NCBI GenBank assembly: GCA_028826165.1
Contig: JAPDFW010000102.1
Coordinates: 1-64,000 of the forward strand
Direction of reading: 5' to 3'
Length of the DNA stretch: 64,000 nucleotides
Origin: Anaeramoeba ignava BMAN
Taxonomy: Eukaryota; Protista; Anaeramoebae
Shown: positions 52,900 to 64,000 of the stretch, piece after piece
Position numbering within the stretch: position 1 is the first letter of the stretch
Layout: each line of letters starts with the position of its first letter
Program-made: the position numbers and the translations under genes
Notes under the pieces: generated by a model
What the model was told of the DNA's origin: nothing
The model's database searches: none
The model's input: only the letters and a program-made list of their open reading frames with translations

Positions 52900-54780
52900 A
52901 TGAATGAAATTATATTTTTTGGTCAAAATGAATTACCAATTCTTATCAAAAATGAACCAAATAAAATAACAAAACCAATTCAATTTAAATTTGAAAATGA
53001 AAATGAAAATGAAAATGAAAATGAAAATGAAAATGAAAATGAAAATGAAAATGAAAATGAAAAACAAATTAAACAAATTTCATCATCAAGTTTATCAACA
53101 ATTTTCCTTTTTGAAAATGGAAAAGCAATAGAATATTTAAATGAAAATGATTCAAATCAAAATCCTGAAAAAATCCAAATTGAAAATATTCAAAAAGTAA
53201 CTGTTGGTTATCAAAATGAAGCTATTTTAACAATAGAAGGAAATGTATTTGCTAAAGGAAGAGATATTAATCCAAATAATCCAAATAAATTTATCAATAT
53301 TTCATCATTAATTGAAGATAAAAATGATAGAATAATTGGAGATATTTCTTCTGGATATCAATCAATTTATTTATTAACTTCAAATCAAAATATTTATGGA
53401 ATTGGTTCAAATCAATATGGTCAACTTGGTTTTGATTCTAAAACACTTGAAAAAACAGAAAACCCAATTTTAATGATGAAAAATGTTTCTAAAATATTTT
53501 CAGGAAATTCTTCAAAATATATTTTTCTTTTAAATTCAAATCAAGAATTATTTGGTTGCGGATATAACTATTTTGGTCAACTTGGATTAGGTGAATCAAT
53601 AAAAAAAAGAAAAATCCAAAAATTAACCAAAATCCAAAATATTCCAAAAGGCAAAATAATTGATATTCAATCTGGATTTTTTCATTCAATAATGTTGATT
53701 GAAAATGAAAATGAAAATCCAAAAAGAAAACTTTATTCATGTGGAAATCGGTATTATAATGGACTTGGAAATGATAAAAACAATTATGAATTTACTGAAA
53801 TCAAATCATCTTTATTTGAAGAAAATGATAATATTCTTGATTTTTCTGTTGGAAATCAACACACTTTGATTTTAACTTCTAAATCAAAATTAATAGGATT
53901 TGGAAGAAATGGTGTTGGTCAATTAGGAACTGGAGATATAAAATATCAATTAATTCCAATTCAAATTGAACTTCCTAAATTAAGATTTAATGAAAATATT
54001 TACAATTATCATATTTCTTGTGGATATGATAATTCATTTCTTTATTATTCTCCTCCTTCTTTTTCCAATCTTGAAGAAGATTTGATAAAACTATTTGAAA
54101 GAAAAGAATTTTGTAATATTTCATTTAAAACAGAAAGTGGAGAAATAATTGAAGCTCATAAATTAATATTGAAATATAGATTAAATCAAAATCAAAATGA
54201 AAATCAAATTGAAAATCAAATTGAAAAACTTAAAGAAATTATTTCAAATAAATCAATTAAAGAATCAAATCAAATATTTGAAATGATTTATTCAAATAAT
54301 TCCAAAATAAATCCAAAATTATATTCAGAAATTAAAGAAATTATAAATTCAAATGAAAGAATTGAAGAAACAATGAAAAGAATTTATTTAAATGAAAATG
54401 AAAATGAAAAAGATTTTATAATTGAAAGAAAAGAAAAACAATATAAATTTCCCAAATTAATATTAATAATGAGAAGTGAATTATATCGAGGAATGTTTTT
54501 ATCTGTAACAGAAGATACTTCTAATAAAGTTACAGATTATAGTGAATTAAGTAATGAAGCTTTTGAAATATTAGAATATTGGATTTATTCAAATCAAATC
54601 AAAGATGAAATTCAAATTACACAAGAAATTCTTAATGAAATTCAAATTGGAATTGATTATTTTCAATTAAATCAAACAAATCCAAATTTATTTGATTTAT
54701 TAATTAAAAAATTTAATAATCAACAAGAATTGAAAGAAAAAACAAAACAAACAAAACAAGAAAAATGTTTAATTTTTTAA
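52900..54780 (+). CDS. RCC1-repeat + BTB-like protein (paralog 2), C-terminal CaaX (CLIF)
   Basis: Same scaffold as paralog 1; ends KTKQTKQEKCLIF*. Confidence 0.88.
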   Translation: MNEIIFFGQNELPILIKNEPNKITKPIQFKFENENENENENENENENENENENEKQIKQISSSSLSTIFLFENGKAIEYLNENDSNQNPEKIQIENIQKVTVGYQNEAILTIEGNVFAKGRDINPNNPNKFINISSLIEDKNDRIIGDISSGYQSIYLLTSNQNIYGIGSNQYGQLGFDSKTLEKTENPILMMKNVSKIFSGNSSKYIFLLNSNQELFGCGYNYFGQLGLGESIKKRKIQKLTKIQNIPKGKIIDIQSGFFHSIMLIENENENPKRKLYSCGNRYYNGLGNDKNNYEFTEIKSSLFEENDNILDFSVGNQHTLILTSKSKLIGFGRNGVGQLGTGDIKYQLIPIQIELPKLRFNENIYNYHISCGYDNSFLYYSPPSFSNLEEDLIKLFERKEFCNISFKTESGEIIEAHKLILKYRLNQNQNENQIENQIEKLKEIISNKSIKESNQIFEMIYSNNSKINPKLYSEIKEIINSNERIEETMKRIYLNENENEKDFIIERKEKQYKFPKLILIMRSELYRGMFLSVTEDTSNKVTDYSELSNEAFEILEYWIYSNQIKDEIQITQEILNEIQIGIDYFQLNQTNPNLFDLLIKKFNNQQELKEKTKQTKQEKCLIF

Positions 54781-54898
54781 AAAGAAATAAAATTAAAATT
54801 CAAAATTCAAAATTAAAATTAAAATCAAAATTAAAATTAAAATCAAAATTAAAAATTAAAAATCCAAAAATATTTTTTTCATTTTTTTCTTTTTAAAA

Positions 54899-56677
54899 AT
54901 GAATGAAATTATATTTTTTGGTCAAAATGAATTACCAATTCTTATCAAAAATGAACCAAATAAAATAACAAAACCAATTCAATTTAAATTTGAAAATGAA
55001 AATGAAAATGAAAATGAAAAACAAATTAAACAAATTTCATCATCAAGTTTATCAACAATTTTCCTTTTTAAAAATGGAAAAGCAATAGAATATTTAAAAG
55101 AAAACGATTCAAATCAAAAACCTTCAAAAATCCAAATTGAAGAAAATATTCAAAAAGTAACTGTTGGTTATCAAAATGAAGCTATTTTAACAATAGAAGG
55201 AAATGCATTTGCCAAAGGAAAACAAATTAATCCAGAAAATCCAAATAAATTTATCAATATTTCATCATTAATTGAAGATAAAAATGATAGAATAATTGAA
55301 GATATTGTTTCTGGAGCTAATTCAATTTACTTATTAACTTCAAATCAAAATATTTATGGAATTGGTTCAAATCGATCTTCTCAACTTGGTTTTGATTCTG
55401 AAACACTTCCAAAAACAGAAAAACCAATTTTAATGATGAAAAATGTTTTTAAAATATTTTCAGGAAATACTTCCACTTCTGTTTTTCTTTTAAATTCAAA
55501 TCAAGAATTATTTGGATGCGGAAATAATAATGGAGGTCAACTTGGATTAGGCGAATCAAAAGTAAAAATGAAAATTGAAAAGTTAACCAAAATCCAAAAT
55601 ATTCCAAAAGGCAAAATAATTGATATTCAATGTGGAGATGCTCATTCAATAATGTTGATTGAAGATGAAAATCAAAATGAAAATCCAAAAAGAAAACTTT
55701 ATTCATGTGGTTATCCTGGATTTAATGGACTTGGAAATGATAAAAACAATTATGAATTTACTGAAATCGAATCATCTTTATTTGAAAATGATGATTATAT
55801 TCTTGAAATTTCTGTTGGTCAATTCCATACTTTGATTTTAACTTCCAAACGTAACTTGATCCGATTTGGAGATAATTTTTATGGTCAATTAGGAACTGAA
55901 AATACAAAATTTCATCGAGCCCCAATTCAAATTGAACTTCCTAAATTAAGATTTAATGAAAATATTTCTAATTATCATATTTCTTGTGGAAATTACAGAT
56001 CATTTCTTTATTATTCTCTTCCTTCTTTTTCCAATCTTGAAGAAGATTTGATAAAATTATTTGAAAGAAAAGAATTTTGTAATATTTCATTTAAAACAGA
56101 AAATGGAGAAATAATTGAAGCTCATAAATTAATATTGAAATATAGATTAAATCAAAATCAAAATGAAAATCAAATTGAAAAACTTAAAGAAATTATTTCA
56201 AATAAATCAATTCAAGAATCAAATCAAATATTTGAAATGATTTATTCAAACAATTCCAAAATAAATCCAATATTATATTATGAAATTAAAGAAATTATAA
56301 ATTCAAATGAAAAAATTGAAGAAACAATGAAAAGAATTTATTTAAATGAAAATGAAAAAGATTTTATAATTGAAAGAAAAGAAAAACAATATAAATTTCC
56401 AAAATTAATATTAATAATGAGAAGTGAATTATATCGAGGAATGTTTTTATCTGTAACTGAAGATAAATCAAATAAAGTTACAGATTATAGTGAATTAAGT
56501 AATAAATCATTTCAAATATTTGAATATTGGATTTATTCAAATCAAATTAAAGATGAAATTCAAATTACAAAAGAAATTATTGATGAATTAGAAACTGGAA
56601 TTGATTATTTTCAATTAAATCAAACAAATCCAAATTTATTTGATTTATTAATTAAAAAATTTAATAATCAAAATTAA
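54899..56677 (+). CDS. RCC1-repeat + BTB-like protein (paralog 3)
   Basis: Tandem paralog; upstream region and first ~30 codons nearly identical to paralog 2. Confidence 0.88.
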   Translation: MNEIIFFGQNELPILIKNEPNKITKPIQFKFENENENENEKQIKQISSSSLSTIFLFKNGKAIEYLKENDSNQKPSKIQIEENIQKVTVGYQNEAILTIEGNAFAKGKQINPENPNKFINISSLIEDKNDRIIEDIVSGANSIYLLTSNQNIYGIGSNRSSQLGFDSETLPKTEKPILMMKNVFKIFSGNTSTSVFLLNSNQELFGCGNNNGGQLGLGESKVKMKIEKLTKIQNIPKGKIIDIQCGDAHSIMLIEDENQNENPKRKLYSCGYPGFNGLGNDKNNYEFTEIESSLFENDDYILEISVGQFHTLILTSKRNLIRFGDNFYGQLGTENTKFHRAPIQIELPKLRFNENISNYHISCGNYRSFLYYSLPSFSNLEEDLIKLFERKEFCNISFKTENGEIIEAHKLILKYRLNQNQNENQIEKLKEIISNKSIQESNQIFEMIYSNNSKINPILYYEIKEIINSNEKIEETMKRIYLNENEKDFIIERKEKQYKFPKLILIMRSELYRGMFLSVTEDKSNKVTDYSELSNKSFQIFEYWIYSNQIKDEIQITKEIIDELETGIDYFQLNQTNPNLFDLLIKKFNNQN

Positions 56678-57040
56678 AATTAAAATTAAAATTTAAATCT
56701 AAATTAAAATTAAAATTAAAATAAAAATAAAAATTAAAATTAAAATTTAAATCTAAATTAAATTTAAATTAAAATTAAAATTAAAATTAAAATTAAAATT
56801 AAAATTAAAATTAAAATTAAAATTTAATTTAAAATTAAAATCAAAATCAAAATTAAATTTAAAATTAAAATCAAAATTAAAATTAAAATTAAAATCAAAA
56901 TCAAAATTAAAATTAAATTTAAAAATTAAAATTAAAATCAAAATTAAAATTAAATTTAAAATCAAAATTAAAAATTAAAATTAAAAATCAAAATTAAAAT
57001 TAAAATTAAAATTAAAATTAAAATTAAAATTAAAATTAAA
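56678..57040. repeat. (AAAATT)n intergenic repeat
   Basis: Tandem hexamers. Confidence 0.8.
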
Positions 57041-57076
57041 TTCAAAAATATTTTTTTCATTTTTTTCTTTTTAAAA

Positions 57077-58837
57077 ATGAATGAAATTTTATTTTTTGGT
57101 GAAAATAAATATCCAAAACTTATCAAAAATGAATCAAATTCAATAAAAAAACCAATTCAATTTAAATTTGAAAATGAAAATGAAAATGAAAAACAAATTA
57201 AACAAATTTCATCAGGTTATTTTGGAACAATTTTCCTTTTTAAAAATGGAAAAGCAATAAAATATTTAAATGAAAATGATTCAAAACAAAATCCTGAAAA
57301 AATCCAAATTGAAAATATTCAAAAAGTAACTGTTGGTGCTGATAATGAAGCTATTTTAACAAAAGAAGGAAATGTATTTGCCAATGGAATATATATTAAT
57401 CCAAATAATACAAATAAATTTATCAATATTTCATCATTAATTAAAGATAAAAATGATAGAATAATTCAAGATATTGTTTCTGGAGATAATTCAATTTACT
57501 TATTAACTTCAAATCAAAATGCTTATGGAATTGGTTCAAATAATTATGGTCAACTTGGTTTTGATTCTGAAACATTTTATGAAAGAGAAAAACCAATTTT
57601 AATGATGAAAAATGTTTCTAAAATATTTTCAGGAAATACTTCATATTCTGTTTTTCTTTTAAATTCAAATCAAGAATTATTTGGATGCGGAAATAATTAT
57701 TCTGGTCAACTTGGATTAGGTGAATCAAAAAGAAAAGAAACAAAAATCCATAAATTAACCAAAATTCAAAATATTCCAAAAGGCAAAATAATTGATATTC
57801 AATCTGGAAAAACTCATTCAATAATGCTGATTGAAAATGAAGATCAAAATCCAAAAAGAAAACTTTATTCATGTGGAAATCGGTATTATAATGGACTTGG
57901 CAAATATCAAAATACTTATGAATTTACTGAAATTAAATCATCTTTATTTGAAAATGATAATATTCTTGAAATTTCTGTTGGATTTACTCATAATTTGATT
58001 TTAACATCCAATTTAAAATTAATTGGATTTGGAGATAATGAATATGGCCAATTAGGAACTGGAGATACAAAAGATCAATTAATTACAATTCAAATTGAAC
58101 TTCCTAAATTAAGATTTAATGAAAATATTTCTAATTATCATATTTCTTGTGGTGCTTACAGATCATTTCTTTATTATTCTTTTTCTTCTTTTTCCAATCT
58201 TGAAGAAGATTTGATAAAATTATTTGAAAGAAAAGAATTTTGTAATATTTCATTTAAAACAGAAAATGGAGAAATAATTGAAGCTCATAAATTAATATTG
58301 AAATATAGATTAAATCAAAATGAAAATCAAATTGAAAAACTTAAAGAAATTATTTCAAATAAATCAATTAAAGAATCAAATCAAATATTTGAAATGATTT
58401 ATTCAAACAGAATAATAAATCCAAAATTATATTATGAAATTAAAGAAATTATAAATTTAAATGAAAAAATTGAAGAAACAATGAAAAGAATTTATTTAAA
58501 TGAAAATGAAAATGAAAATGATTTTATAATTGAAAGAAAAGAAAAACAATATAAATTTCCTAAATTAATATTAATAATGAGAAGTGAATTATATCGAGGA
58601 ATGTTTTTATCTGTAACAAATGATACTTCTAATAAAGTTACAGATTATAGTGAATTAAGTAATGAATCATTTCAAATATTTGAATATTGGATTTATTCAA
58701 ATCAAATTAAAGATGAAATTCAAATTACAAAAGAAATTATTGATGAATTAGAAACTGGAATTGATTATTTTCAATTAAATCAAACAAATCCAAATTTATT
58801 TGATTTATTAATTAAAAAATTTAATAATCAAAATTAA
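57077..58837 (+). CDS. RCC1-repeat + BTB-like protein (paralog 4)
   Basis: Tandem paralog; last ~45 residues identical to paralog 3. Confidence 0.88.
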   Translation: MNEILFFGENKYPKLIKNESNSIKKPIQFKFENENENEKQIKQISSGYFGTIFLFKNGKAIKYLNENDSKQNPEKIQIENIQKVTVGADNEAILTKEGNVFANGIYINPNNTNKFINISSLIKDKNDRIIQDIVSGDNSIYLLTSNQNAYGIGSNNYGQLGFDSETFYEREKPILMMKNVSKIFSGNTSYSVFLLNSNQELFGCGNNYSGQLGLGESKRKETKIHKLTKIQNIPKGKIIDIQSGKTHSIMLIENEDQNPKRKLYSCGNRYYNGLGKYQNTYEFTEIKSSLFENDNILEISVGFTHNLILTSNLKLIGFGDNEYGQLGTGDTKDQLITIQIELPKLRFNENISNYHISCGAYRSFLYYSFSSFSNLEEDLIKLFERKEFCNISFKTENGEIIEAHKLILKYRLNQNENQIEKLKEIISNKSIKESNQIFEMIYSNRIINPKLYYEIKEIINLNEKIEETMKRIYLNENENENDFIIERKEKQYKFPKLILIMRSELYRGMFLSVTNDTSNKVTDYSELSNESFQIFEYWIYSNQIKDEIQITKEIIDELETGIDYFQLNQTNPNLFDLLIKKFNNQN

Positions 58838-59510
58838 AATTAAAATTAAAATTCATTTTTAAAATTAAAATTAAAATTAAAATTCATTTTTAAAATTAAA
58901 ATTAAAATTAAAATTAACATTTTTAAAATTAAAATTAAAATTAAAATTAAAATTCAAAATTAAAATTAAAATTAAAATTAAAATCAAAATCAAAATTAAA
59001 ATTAAAATTAAAATTAAAATTAAAATTAAAATTAAAATTAAAATCAAAATTAAAATTAAAATTAAAATTAAAATCAAAATTTAAAATTAAAATTAAAATT
59101 AAAATTCAAATTAAAATTAAAATTAAAATTCAAATTAAAATTTAAAATTAAAATTAAAATTAAAATTAAAATCAAAATTAAAATTAAAATTAAAATTAAA
59201 ATTTAAAATTAAAATTAAAATCAAAATTAAAATTAAAATTAAAATTAAAATCAAAATCAAAATTAAAATTAAAATTAAAAATTAAAATTAAAATTAAAAT
59301 TAAAATTAAAATTAAAATTAAAATTAAAATTAAAATTAAAATTAAAATTAAAATTAAAATTAAAATTAAAATTAAAATTAAAATCAAAATTTAAAATTAA
59401 AATCAAAATTAAAAAATCAAAATTAAAATTAAAATTAAAAAATAAAAATTCAAAATCAAAATTAAAATTAAAATTAAAAAATAAAAATTCAAAATCAAAA
59501 TTAAAATTTT
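58838..59510. repeat. (AAAATT)n repeat between convergent genes
   Basis: Tandem hexamers. Confidence 0.8.
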
Positions 59511-59527
59511 TTATTGAATCAAAATAT

Positions 59528-62451
59528 TTATTTCTCTGTTGAGAAATCAATATGAAAAGATGGAAATTCTTTCAATTCAAACACTTCATTATATTTCTGT
59601 TTTTTAATAACATCACAAAAATATAAAAGAATTTTTTTATCAAAAATTGAAACATCAGCAAAATTGAATTTTTTAGCAAATTTTTTTTGATTTCGAGTTT
59701 CCTGAGTCTGATAATATAAGAAAGCTTTGATAGAAAACTCGAACAAAATTTGGTGCATGTAAGAAACACGGAAGACATTTGAAAAATAATTTTTGTGAGG
59801 AGATAAAAGCCTTGAAATTAAATTTGAATTTTCAAATGGATAATTTGGACCCAAAAAGTTTTTATTCAGTAAATCCATAACAGAAACAAATGGAAGAATT
59901 TGGGGTGAAATTTCGGTGTCTAAGGAAAGTCCGCAAATCTTTAGTGTTTTCAGATCTGCTGGTTTAATAGGATTTTCCTTCCAATATACAACAGATTTTT
60001 GAGGAATTAAATTTCCCGGAATAAAAGAAGTTAAAAAAATAATCAGTTTTCTTGCGAGTTTGGCTTGGGTTTTTTTGCGTGAATAACAAGAATTCTTCCT
60101 GTTAAGACAGAATAAAGAAGATTATGCATTTGGAATTTTGTTTCCCAATTTTTATAATGAGGGAAGTTGTTGGGATTTTTCCAGATTGTGTCAATTTTGC
60201 TTGTTAAATTTTCTTGATTTAGAGATTGTATTAAGTGCTTTTTCAAATCTTCATTGGATAAAGATTCAAAGGGATTTCTTGAGAACACATTTGTGTAATC
60301 CTTTTCGAGTTCTTCATATTCTGTTCTGTCTCTGTAAAAGCTGCCATATAAATTATGCTCATCATTTACTTTTGCAAGATCGATTTCTTGGTTTTCAATT
60401 TTACTGTTTGAATCTTCTTTTGAGAGATTTTCTGAATCTGAAAACTTGACGCTATCTTCATTAGAGTTATTGTTGTTATTCTTATTTGATGATTGATTTT
60501 TTTCGAATAAAATTTTTTGATGAATAGGATTAAATTGATTTTTTTGAGTGTTTTCATTGCGATCTTCACTGTTGCCGTTAAGAACAGGACTCTTTTGATC
60601 GCTGTAAATATCTGTTACCAATTCAAATTGATTTGGATAGTCTTTGATGTTGAGATTTTCTGATGAAAAATCTGTTAAATCAAAATCAAGTTGATTTGAC
60701 AGGTTACTTTCGTCCACTATATCATCTTCAAAAGAGTTTGAAGGCATTTCTTGCTGGGGATAAAGACCCAATAAAGAAGTGCGACAAATCCCTGTCTTTT
60801 TTTCATTAAACAGAAAAATATTTTCTGGGGTCATTTTGGGGAAGTTTTTAATTGCAGAATTATCAATTTCAAATAAATTTGAATGAAAATTATTGATTTC
60901 AAGATCGCCAATTTTAAGAACAAAACATTTGGGAGATTTTGGGATTGCCAGTTCCATATCTGAGCGGATTTGGAAGAGTTTTTTTGAATAATTATTATGG
61001 ATTTCTTTGATTTTGACATTAATAACTTCTTCAAATATTTCTGGATAACAAATTGAATCAATTGGTTGAAGAACCGAATCGAGTCTTGAAAGTTGAAATA
61101 ATTTTGGAGTGTAATTTCGAATGTTTTCCTCTTCAATTATTTTTTTCAACATTTTTGATACGTGAATACTTGATAATATTTGATCAGTTTTTTCTTTGTC
61201 TTGAAGTAGTTGATTCATTTCTGCTGAGTAACTCATGATTTTCACTATTTCTCGTGCTTGTTCGTTGTTTAATGATTTATAAATGCGTTTTTTGATTTGG
61301 CTTGAATCTCGTAAATAGTCTTGAATCAGAGAAATTGGGATTTTTGGATATTTACTTTGTGTATTCTTTTTAAATTTTATAAATGAATTTTAATTTTATT
61401 TTTAATTTTAAATTAATTTTAATTTTAATTTTGATTTTGAATTTTAATTTTAATTTTGAATTTATAAATTAATTTTAATTTTAATTTTAATTTTAATTTT
61501 GAATTGATTTTAATTTTATAAATTAATTTTGAATTTAATTTTAATTTTGAATTTATAAATTAATTTTGAATTTATTTTAATTTTAATTTTAATTTTGGTT
61601 TTGAATTCATTTTGAATTTATTTTGAATTTATTTTGAATTTATAAATTAATTTTAATTTTAAATTTTGAATTTTGATTTTTTTTAATTTTTGATTTTGAT
61701 TTTTGATTTTTAATTTTTAATTTTAATTTTAAATTAATTTTAATTTTGAATTTTAAATTAATTTTGAATTGATTTTGATTTTGAATTTATAAATTAATTT
61801 TGAATTGATTTTGAATTTATAAATTAATTTTCATTTTATAAATAAATTTACAGATTGTAACATTTGTTTCCTCATTTCAAGAGTTGACCGAATATCAGCA
61901 ATTCTATTTTCCAAATTTTTTAAAAAAACAACAAGATTATATAACTTTATAATTTTTGTCATTTCTGAAAATTCTCTTAAAAAATCAAGAATGCATCGCA
62001 TAATTTTATCATGACTCCTTGTGGCATAACTAAAACACAATCTTCTAAGAAAAGCCCTTGCATTAATATCATATAATGTAAAATGATAAGCCTGTATTTT
62101 TTGATCAAAACCAAAAAATCAACAAAAAAAAGTTGAAAAAAATTTTTTTTCAATTAAATCAAGTTGGAAAGTATGATTTACAACAAATAAAAAAATCATT
62201 GGTTATTGGTTTTTTCATTGACATACATATACATAATAGACTCTATGTTCTATTCTGGATTTTATTACAAAGGAGGCATCTTTTGTAGGCTCTCCTAAAC
62301 GTGTTTGTTGATGTTCTGTTGACATGACTTGAATAACTAATTCTTCAAGTTGTGAATTATTTTTTTTTGGATAAGTAAATATAACTGAAGGACCTTTTTT
62401 TTGACAAAATTCTGAAAATATAATAAAATCTCCTGTTATTGGATTTGCCAT
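59528..62451 (-). CDS. SMCR8: SMCR8-like longin/DENN protein (folliculin/SMCR8 family)
   Basis: DFIIFSEFCQKKGP, QVMSTEH, AYHFTLYDINARAFLRRLCFSYAT..KIM, LLYSVLTGRILVI, RKLIIFLTSFIP, KICGL. Introns ~62092-62226 and 61366-61851; indel near 60070. Confidence 0.78.
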
Positions 62452-62476
62452 TATTGAATTATTTTTAATAAATTAA

Positions 62477-62555
62477 ATGAAAAAATGAAAAAATGAAAAA
62501 ATGAAAAAATGAAAAATGAAAAATGAAAAAATGAAAAAATGAAAAAATGAAAAAT
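62477..62555 (-). promoter_or_regulatory. Ten tandem TTTTCAT initiator-like copies upstream of SMCR8
   Basis: ATGAAAA(A) x10 on +, ending ~25 nt before the minus-strand ATG at 62451. Confidence 0.6.
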
Positions 62556-62609
62556 ATATTTTTGGATCGTTTCTTGTGTTTATTTCTTTTGTTTATAACT
62601 TAAATTTAT

Positions 62610-64000
62610 TCATTTCTTTCTTTTAATTTCTTCTAAATTTTCATTTTCTTCGTTTTCTTTTTCAATTAAATTTTCAATTATTTTTTCTTGTTCAACAACA
62701 TTCCCATCATTTTGATCAACATCAACCTTTCTCTTCCTATTATCTGCAATAGCGACCTCTTCAGGAAGCCTAAAACTAATACAGAGCATATCTTTTTTAG
62801 TTGAAACAGAACGAATATTTCGACAAGAAAAATTGCGAATTTGAAAATCCAAAATTTGGTTAATTCTTTGGATTGCATCTTTTTCCTTATCAACCTCCTT
62901 CGAAAAACAATAGCAATGAATCATCGGCATCTGAACTTGATGGTACACTGGGGTTGAAGGTAAAAAGCTTAATATACCACGGAAAACATCAAGGAAAAAA
63001 ATGGACAACTTGGGGAGGTTCATTATAAAATGAGAGCAAAACTGAGTCGGATCACAATTATGGTTTGTTTGCCAATCGCTCACATACTTCTTGACAAACT
63101 CTCTGGCGTCGAGATTGAAAGGGATTATATTGCTCTCAACTTGATTTATTTTTGCATTTAATTTTAAATAAAAAAAAGAATCCGGATTCAAATCATTAGC
63201 GTACACTAACGCTCCCCTTTTTGCTGCACGAACCGCAAATGGTCCGATTCCACAAAACATATCGCAGATTATTAATGGAGAATTTTTGGGTGTTTTTGTG
63301 GAGAAATCTGCGAAAAGACTTGTTGTCAACCGTTCATGTTCTGTTTGCAATCTTGAATTCCAATAAACTTTTGAATAATTTAAACGGAATCGAATTGAAT
63401 CACATTTTACTTCCGTTTCGAAATTTTCTTCCCCTGCAAGAATCTCCATTGGAAATACCCGATATTGATTTGAAATCATGTTTGTTTTGTTGACAACAGT
63501 TTTTATTTTTGGATTTTTGTCAAGAATTACTTCCCCAATTATTTTTTTGTATTTAAGTAGGTTTTCTTTTAGATTTAAGTGTGCAATGTGTCCTATTGTT
63601 TCGAAAGATGTTGGTAATTCGAGTTCTTTTGGTAATATTTTTTCGAGAACTTGTTCTTTAAGAAATGAATATAAAAATCAAAAAGAAATTCAAATTCAAA
63701 TTCAAATTCAAATTTTAAAATTAAAATTAAAATTAAAAAGAAAATCAATATCAATTTTTAAAATTCAAACTTGAAGTCAAAGAATCATATCCAATTTTAA
63801 CAGAATATTCAAACGGTTTGATTGATTTTTCTTCAAGTATTTTCTTTTTTTCTTCTTTTAATCCATTCAATTTAATTGGATCTGTTATATTTTCACAAAA
63901 TACAAGTATTCTAACATTTGGATTTTCTGGATTTTTATATAAAAATTTAACTTTTGGAATATCTAAAAAATATTCTTTAAATTCTTTTATATAAAATTTG
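62610..64000 (-). CDS. TRM5: tRNA (guanine-N1)-methyltransferase Trm5 (5'-partial)
   Basis: TSFETIGHIAHLNL, TVVNK, YRVFPMEILAGE, SKVYWNSRLQTEHERL, DMFCGIGPFAV, ANDLNP, IMNLP, IHCYCF. Intron ~63657-63770. Confidence 0.92.

Noticed and set aside
52900-58837. Diversity-generating retroelement behind the RCC1 loop variation
   Set aside because: No reverse transcriptase or template repeat in the window, and the differences are not confined to adenines.
58838-59510. Telomeric repeats
   Set aside because: (AAAATT)n is internal, G-free, degenerate and recurs after several stop codons.

Overview
Extremely AT-rich, gene-dense nuclear DNA from an intron-containing protist. The N/Q/E low-complexity tracts, the BTB-domain expansion and a nuclear intein suggest an Anaeramoeba-like metamonad (inference only). 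Scattered 1-2 nt indels in homopolymers, even in actin, look like long-read errors and fragment the ORF track. About 18 protein genes can be reconstructed, in order: DHX37, myotubularin, ADAL, ZGRF1, PACS, penta-EF-hand protein, GPI-PLD-like Zn hydrolase, membrane metallophosphoesterase, Ras-BTB-BTB, RCC1-BTB, actin, BTB-BEACH-WD40, ankyrin-BTB, three more RCC1-BTB paralogs, SMCR8 and TRM5. Main signals that the ORF track does not show: (1) a class 3 (W-C-T) intein with a decayed LAGLIDADG endonuclease in the Walker A motif of DHX37; (2) four sequence-distinct satellite arrays that share a ~143-145 bp (nucleosome-core-sized) unit and end at gene starts; (3) a candidate stand-alone box H/ACA RNA between two of these arrays; (4) a TTTCATTT initiator-like motif before most genes; (5) RCC1-BTB paralogs with hypervariable, mosaic binding loops on a near-identical scaffold; (6) minisatellite-filled introns, A-rich AAG acceptors and a 14-nt microexon. 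All alignments and folds were done by eye.
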